A DNA stretch of 64,000 bases from the human T2T-CHM13v2.0 reference genome, Homo sapiens: NCBI RefSeq assembly GCF_009914755.1, contig NC_060938.1; one strand, given 5' to 3'. The position numbers and the translations under genes are program-made. Under the pieces are notes generated by a model. That model was not told the origin of the DNA. It ran no database searches and saw only the letters and a program-made list of their open reading frames with translations. Position 1 is the stretch's first letter. Every line of letters begins with the position of its first letter. Of this stretch, positions 14,420-32,300 are shown one piece after another.

Positions 14420-15184
14420 CGTTTTTCAAATACCTCTGGCCACTTTATATACACAAATTTGTGAATGGCTTCAATCATTTTGCTATGCAAAAAGGGGAGT
14501 TGTTGGACACTTTGCATATTACAAAAAATTTCTGAGATAAAGACATTAAATGCACCCAAATCTGTACTGATATTAAAAAAAAAAAAAGTCTGCCTGTAGA
14601 ATTACACCCTTCCCATTTTCTCTCTTTGCTCCCCGTTCTGGCTCTCGACTGAGAGGTGCTGTGTTTACTTCCATTCACAAGCCATGCCATCTGCTTTAAA
14701 GAAATTGATCTTCTACCTCTGGCCCATCAGAGTAAACCCTTTATCCTTTCGGAAATAATTCCTGCAGCTTCCCTGCAGGCTGCTCCTCTCTGCCTTATAC
14801 AAAAAAAATCGTAGTCAGCACTTCCAGATGCAACACCTTCTCCATGAATATGAACAGAAAATCAAAACTCATTAATATTTCAGAGAAAGACACACACAAG
14901 TGAAAAACTAAAGCAACAAACTGAATTTACCCAAAAGCATTGATAATTCAGAAAAACAGAGAACAACTTAATTTTTGTCCTAATGAGGATTCTCAGGATG
15001 GAAAACATACTGTAACCATAAGATTAGAATAGGATTCTATGCCAATGGAGCAATTAGAGAACTTTTAATATTGCCTTGGAAAGCTAAAATACGTTTGCTG
15101 AAATTTAGGAGATAAAAAACAGAAGAGCTGAAGTTGAAAAAAATGAGAATGAAAATGTGAAAGAAAAAAAAATGAGAGACAGAC

Positions 15185-15335
15185 CAGTGCTTCTCAAATA
15201 TTAATGTGAATACAAGTTACCTAGAGATCATGTTAAATGCAAATTCTGATTTCATAGATGTGAGATGCTGCATTTCTAACAAGCTCCCGAGTGATGCCAT
15301 TTCTGTTGGTCCACCAGCCACATTTCAAGTAGTAA
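15185..15335. mobile_element. MER5A (hAT-Charlie)
   Basis: CAGTGCTTCTCAAA...TGCATTTCTAACAAGCTCCC. Confidence 0.75.
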
Positions 15336-16086
15336 AGACTTCAAAGATACGTGCTTGTGAAATTTCAGAACAGCCAAAGAAAATTAAAAAAAAAAAAGAA
15401 GGAAAGACTAAGAGTACAGTCCAATGTCAGTCTCAAACCATTATTTGAAGAAATTAAAAAAGAAATCAAAGTGGGTCCCATCAGTGAGGACCCAGGCTCA
15501 GTCCTCATAATGTTCTCCCTCCTGGCCTCTCTCCAGCAACTCCAAGTTTCTCCAAGCAACTTGAACACTATTGCATTTCAAGACAGGATTTGTTCTCTTC
15601 AGCTTGTTTACTTTTCAGACCAGTTCAGAGAATCATGATTAATTCAGTGCTTTGTCTTTTAGGAAGACAAAATTTCATAATGGTAGAATTAAGACTAGGT
15701 CATACTAACCTGTACCAAATTACCTCTAATTTATTATTCAATCTAGACAAGGGAATACTCAGTTTCTACACCTAAACATCTTGAATGTAGTTCTCATATT
15801 AAAAGAGAGACAATCATAGCACTATTCTAATATATATTGTCCTTTCCTTGTCCTCAAGGTAACATAATCACAGGCAAATTTTTTAAATCTTCTAAACAGG
15901 AGCAAAGTCACTCTATGCATGAAGCTACATAGTTTGAATTTATAGATTTTGAACTACATCTTATGCATTATTAGCTGTGATTTTAAAAGTTATGAAGAGT
16001 AAGAAAACATTACATACTTTAGCAAATGGTACTTAAATATATTCAGGTAGCAGAAGAATAAAGAGGCTTGCTAACCTTGTTTTCCA

Positions 16087-16195
16087 AATTTGAATTTATC
16101 TTTTGTTTAAAACACCTTTATTACATACTAATTGTTTCAGGAATTTGAATTTATCTCTTATTTAAAAATCCTTTATCACATACTAATTGTTCAAA
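16087..16195. repeat. 55-bp tandem duplication
   Basis: AATTTGAATTTATC...CATACTAATTGTT at 16087 and 16142. Confidence 0.85.
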
Positions 16196-17074
16196 GAAAT
16201 CTTTCTAGAGAGCTTCAAAGTGAAACTATTGACCATTTTCTCTGTCTTCTAATGTAAAATCAATGTAATACTTTCATATTTATCATTGAGAGAAACAATT
16301 AGTGTTTATAAGACCATTTGGGAAAGAATGTTGGATTTAAGTCAAAAATTATCTCTAAATATTTCTAAGTTTTTTCAAATGCCATCTTTTTGGAGGAAAA
16401 TATAAATTCTGATCCTCCAAATAGTTCCTGGCAGCTCTAAACACAGACCATAAAAACAATATTTGTGAGATAAACACTGTAATATTAGAAATACTTAGAG
16501 GTAATTATAGCAGTTTGTACATTACAATAGTAAATTTAAAGTTACACTTTTGGCAGATTGGCTAAGAAACAGCAAAGTGAAAGGAAATTTAGAAATTTTT
16601 TAATGGAATGAACCACTATATGAAGGAATAGCCTAACATATGGAAAATTTTAAAGACTTGACATAAACTTTTGCTAGAATTTTTATTTTAGTGGAAATAG
16701 TGAAAAATTCAAGGTTCTCTATGAGCATATCAATTGAATCCATCTTAGCTATTCATTTATCCAGCATGCTATTACAATACTGCCCTTTCTGTTAACTATC
16801 TATACTACATAATTCTTTGATCTAGTCACTCACTATGGTAAGTGCTGAATGTTTCTTATCTATTTTAAAACAAAAAGGAAACACAGTGGCCTGAGAGCCT
16901 ATGAAGAATTCAGTAATATTGTAGATATTTTTACATTAGCTAAAAAATAGCTACTGCCTTACTGATTGAATCTTAACTATTAGAATACCATATTTTGATG
17001 AATGTGATATCTTTACACTCCAAATTTTAATATACAGGCCCTAAATCTTTTTGCTAAATATATAAATTGGACAT

Positions 17075-17498
17075 TGCAGCAGACATTGTGCACTGCCCAT
17101 ATCTCCTTGTCCTTCCTACCTAAGCACACATCAATACAATTCCCAACTGAAGACATAAAGGTCTTCTCTGGACATGGATGTCTACTCTGCCAACCCATGC
17201 AGCAGGCCAGAAATGCTGGAGAATTAATTATCCACTGGCTCCAGAAACTCTCAATCAATGACTGAAAGCAGTTGGTGTAGCTCCTCTGGTGAGATAACCC
17301 TGAGGCATGTGCCTACACTGGCCCCAGAGTTTCCCCAAGGGAGTTAAGTTCGATTACCCCAATGGTAACTGGCTTGCTGATGTGCACTTATTGGCAGCTG
17401 TCCCTTCCCTGTCTCAGTATTTCCTTCATATTCCAAATAAATCACCTACACAAGGATTCCTGTCTTGGCATGTGCTTCTGATAGAACCCAATCAAGAA
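17075..17498 (+). mobile_element. LTR16-family (ERV-L) LTR
   Basis: TGCAGCAGACATTG start; CCAAATAAA...TGCTTCTG..GAACCCAA end. Confidence 0.7.
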
Positions 17499-18930
17499 AA
17501 TGGTCCTAGGAAGCAATCTTCAGGATGACATTCTGGAACCCAATTGCTTGCCTGCCAAATGGCAACAACGATTGCATTTCTAGGCGTAAGTAAGATGGCA
17601 ATAACCTTTGACATAACCACATCTGTGGATCTAGAGCAAGGCTATGCTGTCTGCAACAGAAAATGGTTCTGTATTTGAAAGGTAGTTTCCAGCATGATAA
17701 AGAACCCTAATATACTCTGAGTGCCTGAGTAGCATATATCAAGCCACTAAGCAATTGGAGATGCTCATAATAAACTGGATATTGTCAGCCACCAAGTGAT
17801 CAGGCTGTAACATCACCTTTACTAGGGCTCTGACTTGGGGTGAATTGAAAGGAATAAGGTATAAACGGAGACCAAGTCCATTTGAGGAAGAACCCTGAAC
17901 AAGTATATAAGAAGTATATAAAATGGTAAAGGATAAGTAACCAAACAAAAAAAGTAATTAGTTACAGCATCTTTCTTCCCTGTTGCTAATAAATAAGCAC
18001 AGTACTTAGTATATATCATATATCTTAAGTTTTTTTTTGGATACTGGGGGTCTCACTATGTTACTCAGGCTGGACTTTAACTCCTGGGCTCCAGGGATCC
18101 TCCCAACTCAGCCTCCTGAGTAGCTGGGATTACAGGCACATGCCATTGCACCTGGCTTATACCTTTAGCTTATAGAGACTACATCACACACTTAAAATTG
18201 TTCCTAATACTTATCTAGGAGGCCGCCAGTTTTGAGTAGTCCCAGAACAATAGCTGACTCTGCAGTAGATTCAAATTATGGTACAAGCAGCCCTGCCCCT
18301 TGGGCTATGTGACTTAGAAGCTCCAAAGGTGCTAGAGGTGCCCATGATCTATAAAGATGCCCTGTGGATTTCTGGTCAACTTCAACAGGAGAAACACAGT
18401 GCAGACACCTGTGGTTCTAGAGCACGGTTACGTTGTCTGCAGGCAGAAAATCATTCTCTATTTGAAAGGTAGTTCCTGGCATGATACGGAACCCCAATAT
18501 ACTATGAGTGCCTGAGTAGCATATATCAAGCCACTATGCAATTGGAGATGCTCATAATAAACTGGATATTGTCAGCCACCAAGTGATCCACCAAGTGAAA
18601 TGACACAGCAGCAAGTCATATGATAAAAACCCGTATCTCAAGATCAGGCCTGAGCAATAAGTTACACAGGCACAAGTAAGTTATACAGATAGACCCAGAC
18701 CTTGATGTTGCCTAGCTCCACTGCAGTGATTACAACCTCTCAACTCATTCCTGTAGCTTTGTAGGGGTTCTTTAGATGAGATTATAAAGAAGGGAAAAAC
18801 CTGAGCCTGATTCACAAATTTAATCAACCCAATTCATTAGTTTTTGCTGAAGACATTGCTGCCATAATACAGTCTCACTCAAGAATAATTCTGAAAACAG
18901 TGTCAAGTGGAAATCCCTGCAGCAGGCTCA
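17499..18930 (+). mobile_element. HERV16/ERV3-16A3-like internal remnants (leader and pol pieces), interrupted
   Basis: TGGTCCTAGGAAGCA leader after the LTR; ORF 18278..18472 (VQAALPLG...VLEV) resembles HERV-L pol at 49030-49110. Confidence 0.65.
18029..18157 (-). mobile_element. FLAM / Alu monomer
   Basis: Poly-T plus a single antisense Alu arm of about 130 bp. Confidence 0.8.
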
Positions 18931-19994
18931 AATTGGTGGATGAGTTTTAATGAAGATACCGGGAAGATTTGGCTTCAGTGATAGGAACACCAGGAAGGCT
19001 GAAATACTGAAAATAAACTTTACCTCTTTATAATTTCTCCTACAGCCAGGCCAAACTGTCTAACCTGAGAACTACTGATCTAAGAGACACATTACAAAAA
19101 AATAGCATCTGAACCCAGACATTTCTTAGGGGCCACAACATTCCATCATTTATCCAGGAAAATACTTACCAAGGACTTAAATACAAATAGCAAAGAGTAC
19201 AAAATTAGATCTCTCTTAAAAACACAATCTTTGCCCATAAAGGACTCCCATGTTAAAATCTCCATTGTCCTCCATTATCTAACACTAAGCATGAATGCAT
19301 AACTCTGGGAAAGCTTGTTTTCTGGATTCACTTTAGGGACTGGAGCTTCGCTAAGTGAATGTAAACACACACATACAGACATGCACACACATCCACATAC
19401 AGAAAACCTGTTCAAACTTCAAACTTAGCATTTCTGGATTTATAAGGAGACAACTGGAGTACATGACATAAAATCCTTGCCACTGTCATTGTTATCACCA
19501 CCCTTACTTCTGATTTATTCCCTTCTTTTATCTCCTCTTTCTTTTCTTCTGTCACCTGTCATTTCTCCTCTGACTCTCAGATTTCACACAGGAAAGTCTG
19601 CTTTCTACTAACATCTCTGTGCTCTATAGTCCCCCTTGCCTCCTGTTTAGGCAGAGAATGGACTAATCATTAGAGTTGCAAGGTTTCAGTTTCCTTACTC
19701 ATTGCATAAATGGGTTTAGAATATTTTTCCAAACAAAGATACATTTATCTTTTATTTTTCTTACTTCTGGGCTCAGTGCCACTCAGACGCTTGAGAGTAC
19801 AAGATAACCAAAGTTGTTTGTAAATGAATATAATAATTCCAAGTTTGTTTATCATAGTTCCAACACTGATGAATTTGCAAGTCTATGCTTTTATTAAGAG
19901 TAGATATAAGAAATGGTGTTTGGTGAACATGTCTTGATTCAGCAGAATCATTTGTCTAGACACTGTCGCTATTCGTGTTGCTAATAAGACATTT

Positions 19995-21050
19995 TGATTT
20001 ACTCATTTATTTAATGAGCATTTGCCAAGTTCCTATTATCTTTGGATGATAGGAAATATAAAGATAAGTAAGTTATAGTTTTGTCTCCTAAGGAAACCCA
20101 CAGTCTACAGAGGAAATGTACAAGTACGCAAGTAATTTTTATATGATTCAACAAGTGCTATAGCAGAAACAAACACAAAGTGCAATTGAAACTCAGAGGA
20201 AGGCAGATCTAACTCTCCCTCGTGGGGTCTGGAAAGTTCTCAGAAGAAGTGTGACATCTGAGCCACATCCTGAAGAAAGAATACAAATTTGCCAAGCTGA
20301 AAATCTATGAGCTGGAGAGAAAAGAAACTATGTATACCACGGCATGGAAGAACAGCTTAACAATAGATCTAGAGAACAAGGTGCACATAATTAAGTGAAG
20401 GAAATAAGGTTCAGGAGAAATGCAAGGATGCAATTCATAATGATCTTGTATACCATACTAGAGATTGGCTTTTAACCTGAGGAATAAATGGAAATCATTG
20501 AAGCATGAGAGCACGCATGCTTCAATGATTCTTACGCATGAGAGTAGCATGATCAGATTTGCACTTAACAAAATCACTTTGATCATAATAGGGGAAAAAT
20601 TGGAGAAAGATAATATGAGAAACCAGATGACCAACTAAAAGAAATAATAAGAACCTAATCCTAGTAGTGGCCAGAGGGTGACTGCAGAGGAGACAGACTA
20701 GAGAGACATTTAGGAGATAAGATAAACAGAATCAGGTGATTAATTTGTATGTGAAGGAGGAGGAAGGGCAGAGGAGAAAGTAACAAAACAGGAAAGAGTC
20801 TAGCATAATGCCCAGATTTCCGACATGAAAAGCTGGATGATGGCTTTGGCTTCACTGAGCTAAACAATTTAGGGGAAGGAAAGTTTGGAGGTCAAGAGGA
20901 AGAGTTGTTTTAGAAATGTTGAATTTGAATAGTCTATGAGATAGCCTAATAGAGATAAACAGGTGGTTGTTATACATAAGTCAGCATCTCAGGGGAAAGG
21001 CTAGACAGGTAAGACATCAGAGCTAGACGAATAACACATATAGGTAGCAG
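19995..21050 (-). mobile_element. L2 LINE remnant
   Basis: ACTCATTTATTTAATGAGCATTTG 3' end; ATGATCAGATTTGCA and ATGTTGAATTTGA motifs. Confidence 0.7.
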
Positions 21051-21104
21051 TTTTTTGTTTGTTTTAGTTTTTATTATATAAATTTAAGGTGTTTAGCAGA
21101 ATGT

Positions 21105-21117
21105 TTATATATATATA

Positions 21118-21171
<54 letters not shown>

Positions 21172-21172
21172 G
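21105..21172. repeat. (TA)n(TG)n(TA)n microsatellite
   Basis: Direct reading. Confidence 0.95.
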
Positions 21173-21512
21173 GTAAAGTAATTACTACAATCAAGCTAAT
21201 TATATAGGGTGAAGTAGAAACCAAATCCAAAAGGATCCGACTTAGAAATTAATATGCAGAAATCCTGCCCAAATGGAGACTAACATTAACAATCATTTAG
21301 TCACTCAGGCAGTTGGCTCTGTTTTCTAAGACAAACCAATACAATTCCTTCAAGAAAAATGATGATATCTTTCTTAACCTTGCCATTTATCAAAAGCAAA
21401 CTCTCTCTTCTCTTGAGTTTTAGACATTTGTGCATTACACTTATTATGTATTTCCTAATTCATGTAACCCAAATATCAATGGCCTTACGTGTTTATTCCT
21501 GACTTTACTCTT

Positions 21513-25218
<3,706 letters not shown>

Positions 25219-26348
25219 TTACTCTTGAGATCCTGGACAAGAGAGACCTTCCACAGATCTGGGGTATCTCTTTTCAGTCTAATGTGTGTTGTTCTACTCC
25301 AGATTTTTAAAAATTGCTTACTAGAAATGAAACAATTATGTCAAACATTGAAATAAATAATATTGAAACCTTATAGTTATTCCAACTTTTAAAGTATTCT
25401 AAATATTTCCTTCAAACAATAAATGCTGACCTCTAAAAAATCAATACAATGGCTTCCTGATATGATCAGCTTCCTACTTCATAAGGTATTCATCATCATC
25501 TCATTCAAATTCTACGGTTCAAATAATTTCTTTTAAAAACAAGAACAAAAAAAATTAGTAAAAGTTAAAAATTATTTCTGAATCTCACTTCAGTATAGTT
25601 AGATTTTGCAGCACAATCAGGTTCTAATCACACCCCGATTGGTACAGATTTATGCAAAGACTTTATACAAGAATTAATGGACATTAAGAAAATCATTCCA
25701 TGCATACTGATATGTGATTATGCCTGAAGACATGTAGAGTCACCCACAGCTGGAAACATGCTAAAATAATAAAGCTACAGTCGGAAATGCTGTTTTAATT
25801 ATGAATTTCTTTTTCTATTTTTAGACAGTACTGATCTTCACTTTTATTAGAGATACATTATTTTTATTTAAACTTTTGTTCCTTACAACTCTATATATAG
25901 AAAATTTAAAAAACATATCACTGACATATATCCAGAAAATAACTAAGAGGAGTTTTTATTTTCAGGTCAAAGAGAAAAAATAATAATAAAGTCACAAATA
26001 AATGTATGAACTTAATTAAATTAGATAAGTGAGATTTAAGATATGTTTCTATGATACAAGTAAAGTTATAATGAATATAGGAAGGAAAAAAGACATACTT
26101 TGAGGCCACCCAAAAGAACTACACTGTCCTAGCATTCATCTCTTAGCTTTGAGATTATCCCTGAATTATCAAGGAAGGAAATTATTATTTATTGAGTAGG
26201 CACTTAGCCAGTTATATATTAATGCACACTTTACCTAATTTACTTTTCAGTGTACAACTTCTTTTTTCTTTATCAAATGGAGACAATAATACTTTCCAGT
26301 AATATTTGCTCCATTTCATAAAGGAAAAAGAAGTTTATATAAAGGCCT

Positions 26349-27215
26349 TGTGATGGTTTTAAAATATCATGAAATCCATTGCAAAGGTGAGGTCTAATTC
26401 TCTTCTCCTTAAGTGTGGGTGGATTTAGTGACTTAGAATATGGCAGAAGTATCAGCTTGTATCTCCTGAGACTGGATCATAAAAGACAGCCTTCCTACTT
26501 GTTCTCTCTCTTCCTTGGATGGCTCATTCTGAGGAACACTAACTGCTATGTCATGAAAATATAGCCTGTATTAATCAGCCTGGTCTCTCACACCATAGGC
26601 TGTGTGACTTAAACAACAGAAATTGATTTTTCACAGTTCTGGAGACTGGGATGTTCAAGAGCAAGGTGCTAACCTATTAAGTTCCTGGTGAGAGTTCTTT
26701 TCCTGGCTTACAGATAGCCACCTTCTTGCTGTGTCCTCTCATGGGAGAGCTCTGTTGTCTCTTCCTCTTTTTATAAGAGCATCAGCCTAATCATATTAGG
26801 GACCCATCCTTAAGACTTCATTTAACCTTTTTCACCTCCTCACAGGCCCTGTCTCTAAATACAGTCACATTTGGGGTTAGTATTTCAACATATAAATTTC
26901 AGGGGGACACAAAGATGCAGTCTATAACACAACCCTGTGGAAAGGTTAATGTGGTAGGAGACTAAGGCCCCTGCCAACAGCCATGTGAGTGAACCAGCTT
27001 GCAGGCAGTTCTTCTAGCTCCAGTCAAGCCTTCGGATTACTGTACCCCTGGTCAATATCTTGAATGCAACCTCATAAGAAATCTTGAGGCAGAGTCACCC
27101 AGCTAAGTTGATCCTATATATCTTACTGTAAGTATCTAAATATCTTACAATGTGAGAAAATAAATACTTATTGTTTAAGTTGCTATTTTGGGGGAAAATT
27201 TGGCAGCAATAGATA
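26349..27215 (+). mobile_element. MLT1F-type MaLR LTR split by MLT1A
   Basis: TGTGATGGTTTTAAAA start; GCCCCTGCCAACAGCCATGTGAGTGA; GCAGCAATAGATA end. Confidence 0.75.
26567..26929 (-). mobile_element. MLT1A/A0 MaLR LTR nested in MLT1F
   Basis: TGTATTA...CAGTCTATAACA; degenerate TSD TAGCC/CAACC. Confidence 0.8.
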
Positions 27216-27454
27216 GTAAGTGGTAAAACAGGAATTAGAAGCCAGATTTTTCTAACTGTTGAAGTGTATATGCTCTTTCCACTACCCACACTGCTTCTCC
27301 AATATTTATTTAAAAGCTCATTCATTTACTGTGAGAGTTCACACATACTAACTCAGTTAATCCTTATAACAACTTTGAGATAATGTTTTATACTACACAC
27401 AAAATATATTTTTGTAATTAAAAATGATTTTTAAATAAATTACTTTGACATTAT

Positions 27455-27690
27455 GAAATTGGTTGTACCTCCAAAGAATGTTCCAATCAATCCACTTCTC
27501 TCCATCTCCCCTATGACTACCCTGATCTATATGCCACATCATCTGTAGCCTAGATGACCTCAGTGGCCTAACTAGTTCCTTGCTTTTACAGTTTTCTTCC
27601 CCATAGCAGGAGGAGTGAATTTTAAAGATGTAAATCAAACTATGATAATCTCCTACTTAAAACCTTTCCATGACTTCGTGTGATTCCTTT
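27455..27690 (+). mobile_element. L2 fragment
   Basis: CCACTTCTCTCCATCTCC...CTACTTAAAACCTTTCCATGACTTC. Confidence 0.65.
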
Positions 27691-28624
27691 TGCTGGTTAA
27701 TTGATGGCAATTCATTGCAACTACAATGTAATACATATGCATAATGTTTCTTCATTCATTTCCTTTCATTTCCCCACACTGCTCTTTTTTCTGTCCCATG
27801 AAACCCATTCTGTCCTCAATCTGGGCTCAGGATCTTTGCAACTTATAACCAAGAAAGAAGATGAGCTCGATGGAATAAAATATGAGCTCATAAGTTTAAA
27901 AAATAATTGACTAGCTAAAAGAGTATAAACACTAAGAAATAAAGACAGGATACTGAACATTTTAGACCACAGGTAAGAATATAAATAAAACTTATAGAAC
28001 ACTTAAATAAAACATTTCACACTCATTATAAAGATAGAAAAATCTATATTTATAAGTAACCTAAACAAATCTGAATTTATTCACATTCCTCATTCTCTAG
28101 ACAAATTACAATAACCACCAGTATCTAGGTCAATAAGTGAATTTGCCTCTCTGTTCTCTGTTCTGTATATCTATGCAGTAGAAATGAAAATAACTATAGT
28201 AGACTTACCTCCTTAGTTAGGCTTTAGGTTTTTATATTTCATAAGACAAAAAGTCAAATATGGTCAAAATTATTATTGAAAGCCTCTTAAAAGACCTACA
28301 TAGAAAAACAATATACCATTTCTCAATAAGTCAATCATACCTTTCCTTCCAGAAGTAGATTAAACCTTCTGGTTTAACATCCAATAAATGTTGAACGTTT
28401 GAATCACAATTTCACATTACGATCTCGTTCTATGAGAAGCATGAAAGAACTGAGAGCACCTGAGGAAGAACAGCAGCTTACACCTTCCCTCTCACACTTA
28501 CTTTGAGGTCATAGACACACTGAGTAGAATGATGAAATCACCTCTGTTATTTCTCTGTCTCTTCTCACTCTCTCTTCTTAACCCCCTCATGTTAAGGTTG
28601 CTTAAATTGAGACAGTAGTAATAG

Positions 28625-31600
28625 GAGGAAGCAGAGCTAAATGGAAAACTCTCCAGCAATCATCCTCCCAAAAAGAATACCAAATTAAACAACTATCCCT
28701 ACAAGAAAGCACCTTCATAAGAACCAAAAATCAGATGAGCAATCACAGTACCTGGTTTAAACATCATATCAAGGAAAGAGACATTGAAGAGGGTAGGAAA
28801 GGCAGTCTTGAATTGCCGACATCACCCCTCCCCAATCCTGCAACAGTGGTCCCATGGTGTGGAGAGAGAATCTGTGTGCTTGAGAAAGGGAGAGTTCAGT
28901 GATTCTGGGACTTTGCATTGGAACTCAGTGCTGCCCTGTCAGAGCAGAAAGCAACATCAGGCAGAATTCAGCCAGTGCCCACAGAGGGAGCATTTAGACC
29001 AGCCATAGACTGAGAGGAATTATCCACTCCAGTGGTTGGAACCTGAGTTTTGGCAAGCACCCTCACATAGCTAAAGTGTTCTGGGGTCCTAAATAAATTT
29101 GAAAGGCATCCCATGTCACAAGGACTGCAATTCCTGGGCAAGTCTTTGTGCTGTGCTGGGCTCAGAGCCAGTAAACTTGGGTGCACAACCTAGTGAGACA
29201 CCAGCCAGGACAGCAAGGGAGTGCTTGCATCACTCTTCCTTTAATCCCAGGTAGCAGCTCTGGGAGAGACTTCTTCATTCTCCTTGAGGAAAGTAAAGAG
29301 GACTTTGTCTTGCAACTTGGATACCAGCTCAGTCATGGCAGAATAGGGCACTAGGCAGAGTCCCGAGGCCCCCTTTCTAGGCCCTACCACTCAGGAAACA
29401 TTTCTAGACACAGCCTGGGGCAAGAGGGAGCCTGCTGCCTTGAAGGGAAAGAGCCAGTTTTGGCAGGATTTATCACCTGCTGACTAAAGAGCCCTTGGGC
29501 CTTGCATAAACAACAGTGGTACCCAGGGAATGCTCACACAGGCCTTGGATGAGACCCAGGCCCATGCTGGCTTCACGGGTGACCCAGTGTATTCCCGGCT
29601 GTAATAGCCACAAGGAGAGGCTCCTTCTGCTTGAGGAAAGGAGAGAGAAGAATAAAGGGGACTTTATCTTGCAGCTTAGGCACCAGCTCAGCCAGAGGCG
29701 GGTAGAGAATCAAGCATGCTTCTGGGGTCCCTAATTCCATACCTTAGCTCTTGTATGGCATTTATGGACCCATCCTGGGCCAGAGGAGAGCTTGCTGCCC
29801 TGAAAAGAGAGACTCATGCCTGGAAGAATTCACCATAAGCTGACTGAAGAGTGCTTGGACCTTCAGTGAACATCAGTGGAGCCCAAGCAGTACTCACCAT
29901 AGGCATCACATGGTGGTGGCCACAGGGAGAGACTTCTTCTGCATGAGGAAAGGAAAGAAAAGAGTGGGAAGGACTTTATCTTGGGGCTTGGGTGCCAGGT
30001 CAGCTGCAGTAAAATAGAGCACCAGGCAAATTCCTAAGTTTTCCAACTCCAGGCCCTGGCTCCTGGGTGACATTCGTGGGCCTGCCCTGGGCTGGGGTGT
30101 GGCTCACTGCCCTAAGGGAAGGGCATAATAAGCCTGGCTGAATTCATCACCTGCTCTCTGAAGAGCCCTTGGACGTTGGGCCAGGCAGTGGTCACTGTCG
30201 GACTCAGGCGAGACCCAGCAATGTACTGATTTCAGGTCTTACCCAGTATAGGCCCAGTGGTGGTGGCCAGAGGGGTGCTTGTGTCATCCTTCCCCAAGTT
30301 CCAGGCAGCTCAGCACAAACAGAAAGACTCCAGTATTTTGGAGGAAAGTAAGGGAAGAGAACAATAGTCTCTGCCTGGTAATCTGGTAAATTCTCTTGGA
30401 TCTTACCCAGGACCACCAAAGCAGTACCTCTACAAGTCTGAAAGAGCCATAATGTTACTTGGCTTGGGGTGCCCACTAATGAATATATGGCCTCGGTGAC
30501 CAATAATTTAAATCACAACACTCAATTCCTTTTGAAAACTCAGAAAGCCTTCCCAAGAAGTATAGATACAAACAAACTCATACTGGAAAGACCTACAATA
30601 CTTAACTCTTCAATGCCCAGACATCAACGAACAACACAAGCATTAAGACCATCCAAGAAAACATGACTTCACCAACCAAACTAAATAAAGCACAATTACC
30701 AATCTCAAAGTGACAGAGATAGGTGACCTTTCAGATAGAAAATTCAAACTAGCTGTTTTGCAAAAGCTCAATGAAACCACAAAAGACACAGAATAACCAA
30801 ATCTATGCTGAGCAAAAAGAACAAAACTGGAAGAATCACATTATCTGACTTCAAATTATACTACAGAGCTCTAGTAACCAAAACAACATAGTACTGGGAT
30901 AAAAACAGACATATAGAAGAATGGAACAGAATAAGGAATCCAGAGATAAATCTATACATCAACAGTGAACTCATTTTCAACAAAGGTGCCAAGAACATTG
31001 GGGAAAGAACAGTCTCTTCAATAAATGGTGCTGGGAAAACTGGATTTCCATATGCAGAAAAATCAAACTAGATCCCTCTCTCTCACCATATACAAAAATC
31101 AAATCAAAATGGATTCAAGATTAAATCTGAGACCTCAAACTGTGAAACTACTAAACAAAAACATTGAGGAAACTCTCTGGGACATTGGTCTGGGCAAAGA
31201 TTTATCAAGTAATACCCCAAAGGCACAGGCAACCAAACCAAAAATGCACAAATGGGATCACATTAAGTTAAAAAGCTTCTGCACAGCAAAGGAAACAATC
31301 AACAACGTGAAGAGAAAACCCACAAATGGGGAGAAAATATTTGCAAACTATCCATCTGACAAGGAATTAATAACCAGAATATATAAGGAGCTCAAACAAT
31401 TAAATAGGAAAAAATCTGATAATCTGATTTTAAAATGGGCAAAAGACCTGAATAGACATTTCTCAAAAGAAGACATACAAATAACAGACATATAAAAAGG
31501 TGCTCATCATCACTGATGATCAGAGAAATGCAAATCAAGAGTACAATGAGATATCATCTCACCCTAGTAAAAAATGGCTTATATACAAAAAAAGCAGGCA

Positions 31601-32300
31601 ATAACAAATGCTGGTGAGGAGGTAGAGGAAAGAGAACCCCCATGCACTGTTGAAGGGAATGTAAATTAGTACAACCACTATGGAGAACAGCATGGAGGTT
31701 CCTCAAAAAATTAAAGACAGAACTACCATAGAATCCAGCAATCCACTGCTAGGTATATTCCCAAAAGAAAGGACATCAGTATGTCAAAGCAATATCTGAA
31801 CGCCTATGTTTACTGTAGCACTAGTCATAATAGGCAAGATTTGGAAGCAACCTAAGTGTCCATCAACAGATGAATGGATAAAGAAAATGTGGTACGTGCA
31901 AACCACAGAATACTATTCAGCCATATAAAAGAATGAGATCCTGTCATTTGCAACAACATGGATGGAACTGGAGTCATTATATTAAGTGAAAGAAGCCAGG
32001 CACAGGAAGACAAACATCGCACATTCTCACTTATTTGTGGAAGCTAAAAATTAAGACAATTGAACTAATGGAGAGAGACAGTAGAAGGATGGTTACCAGA
32101 GACTGGGAAGGATGGGGTCGGGGAAGGTGGGGATGGCTAATAGATACAAAAAAATAGATAGAATGACTAAGATCTAGCATTTATAGCACATCAGGGTGAC
32201 TACAGTCAACAATAATGTATTGTACATTTAAAAATAATTAAAAGCATAATTAGATTGTTTATAACACAGAAAAATTATAAATGCTTGAGGTTATACATTC
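28625..32300 (+). mobile_element. L1MA1/2-like element: 5'UTR with repeated subunits, ORF1 start fused to ORF2 3' part, 3'UTR
   Basis: L1M1-type 5' end; ORF1-like MPRHQR at about 30613; switch to ORF2 at about 30775; L1MA-type 3'UTR. Confidence 0.8.

Noticed and set aside
28209-28295. 87-nt minus-strand exon candidate with a perfect GAG|GTAAGT donor
   Set aside because: Stops in all three frames and no further support; could only be non-coding or a pseudo-exon.
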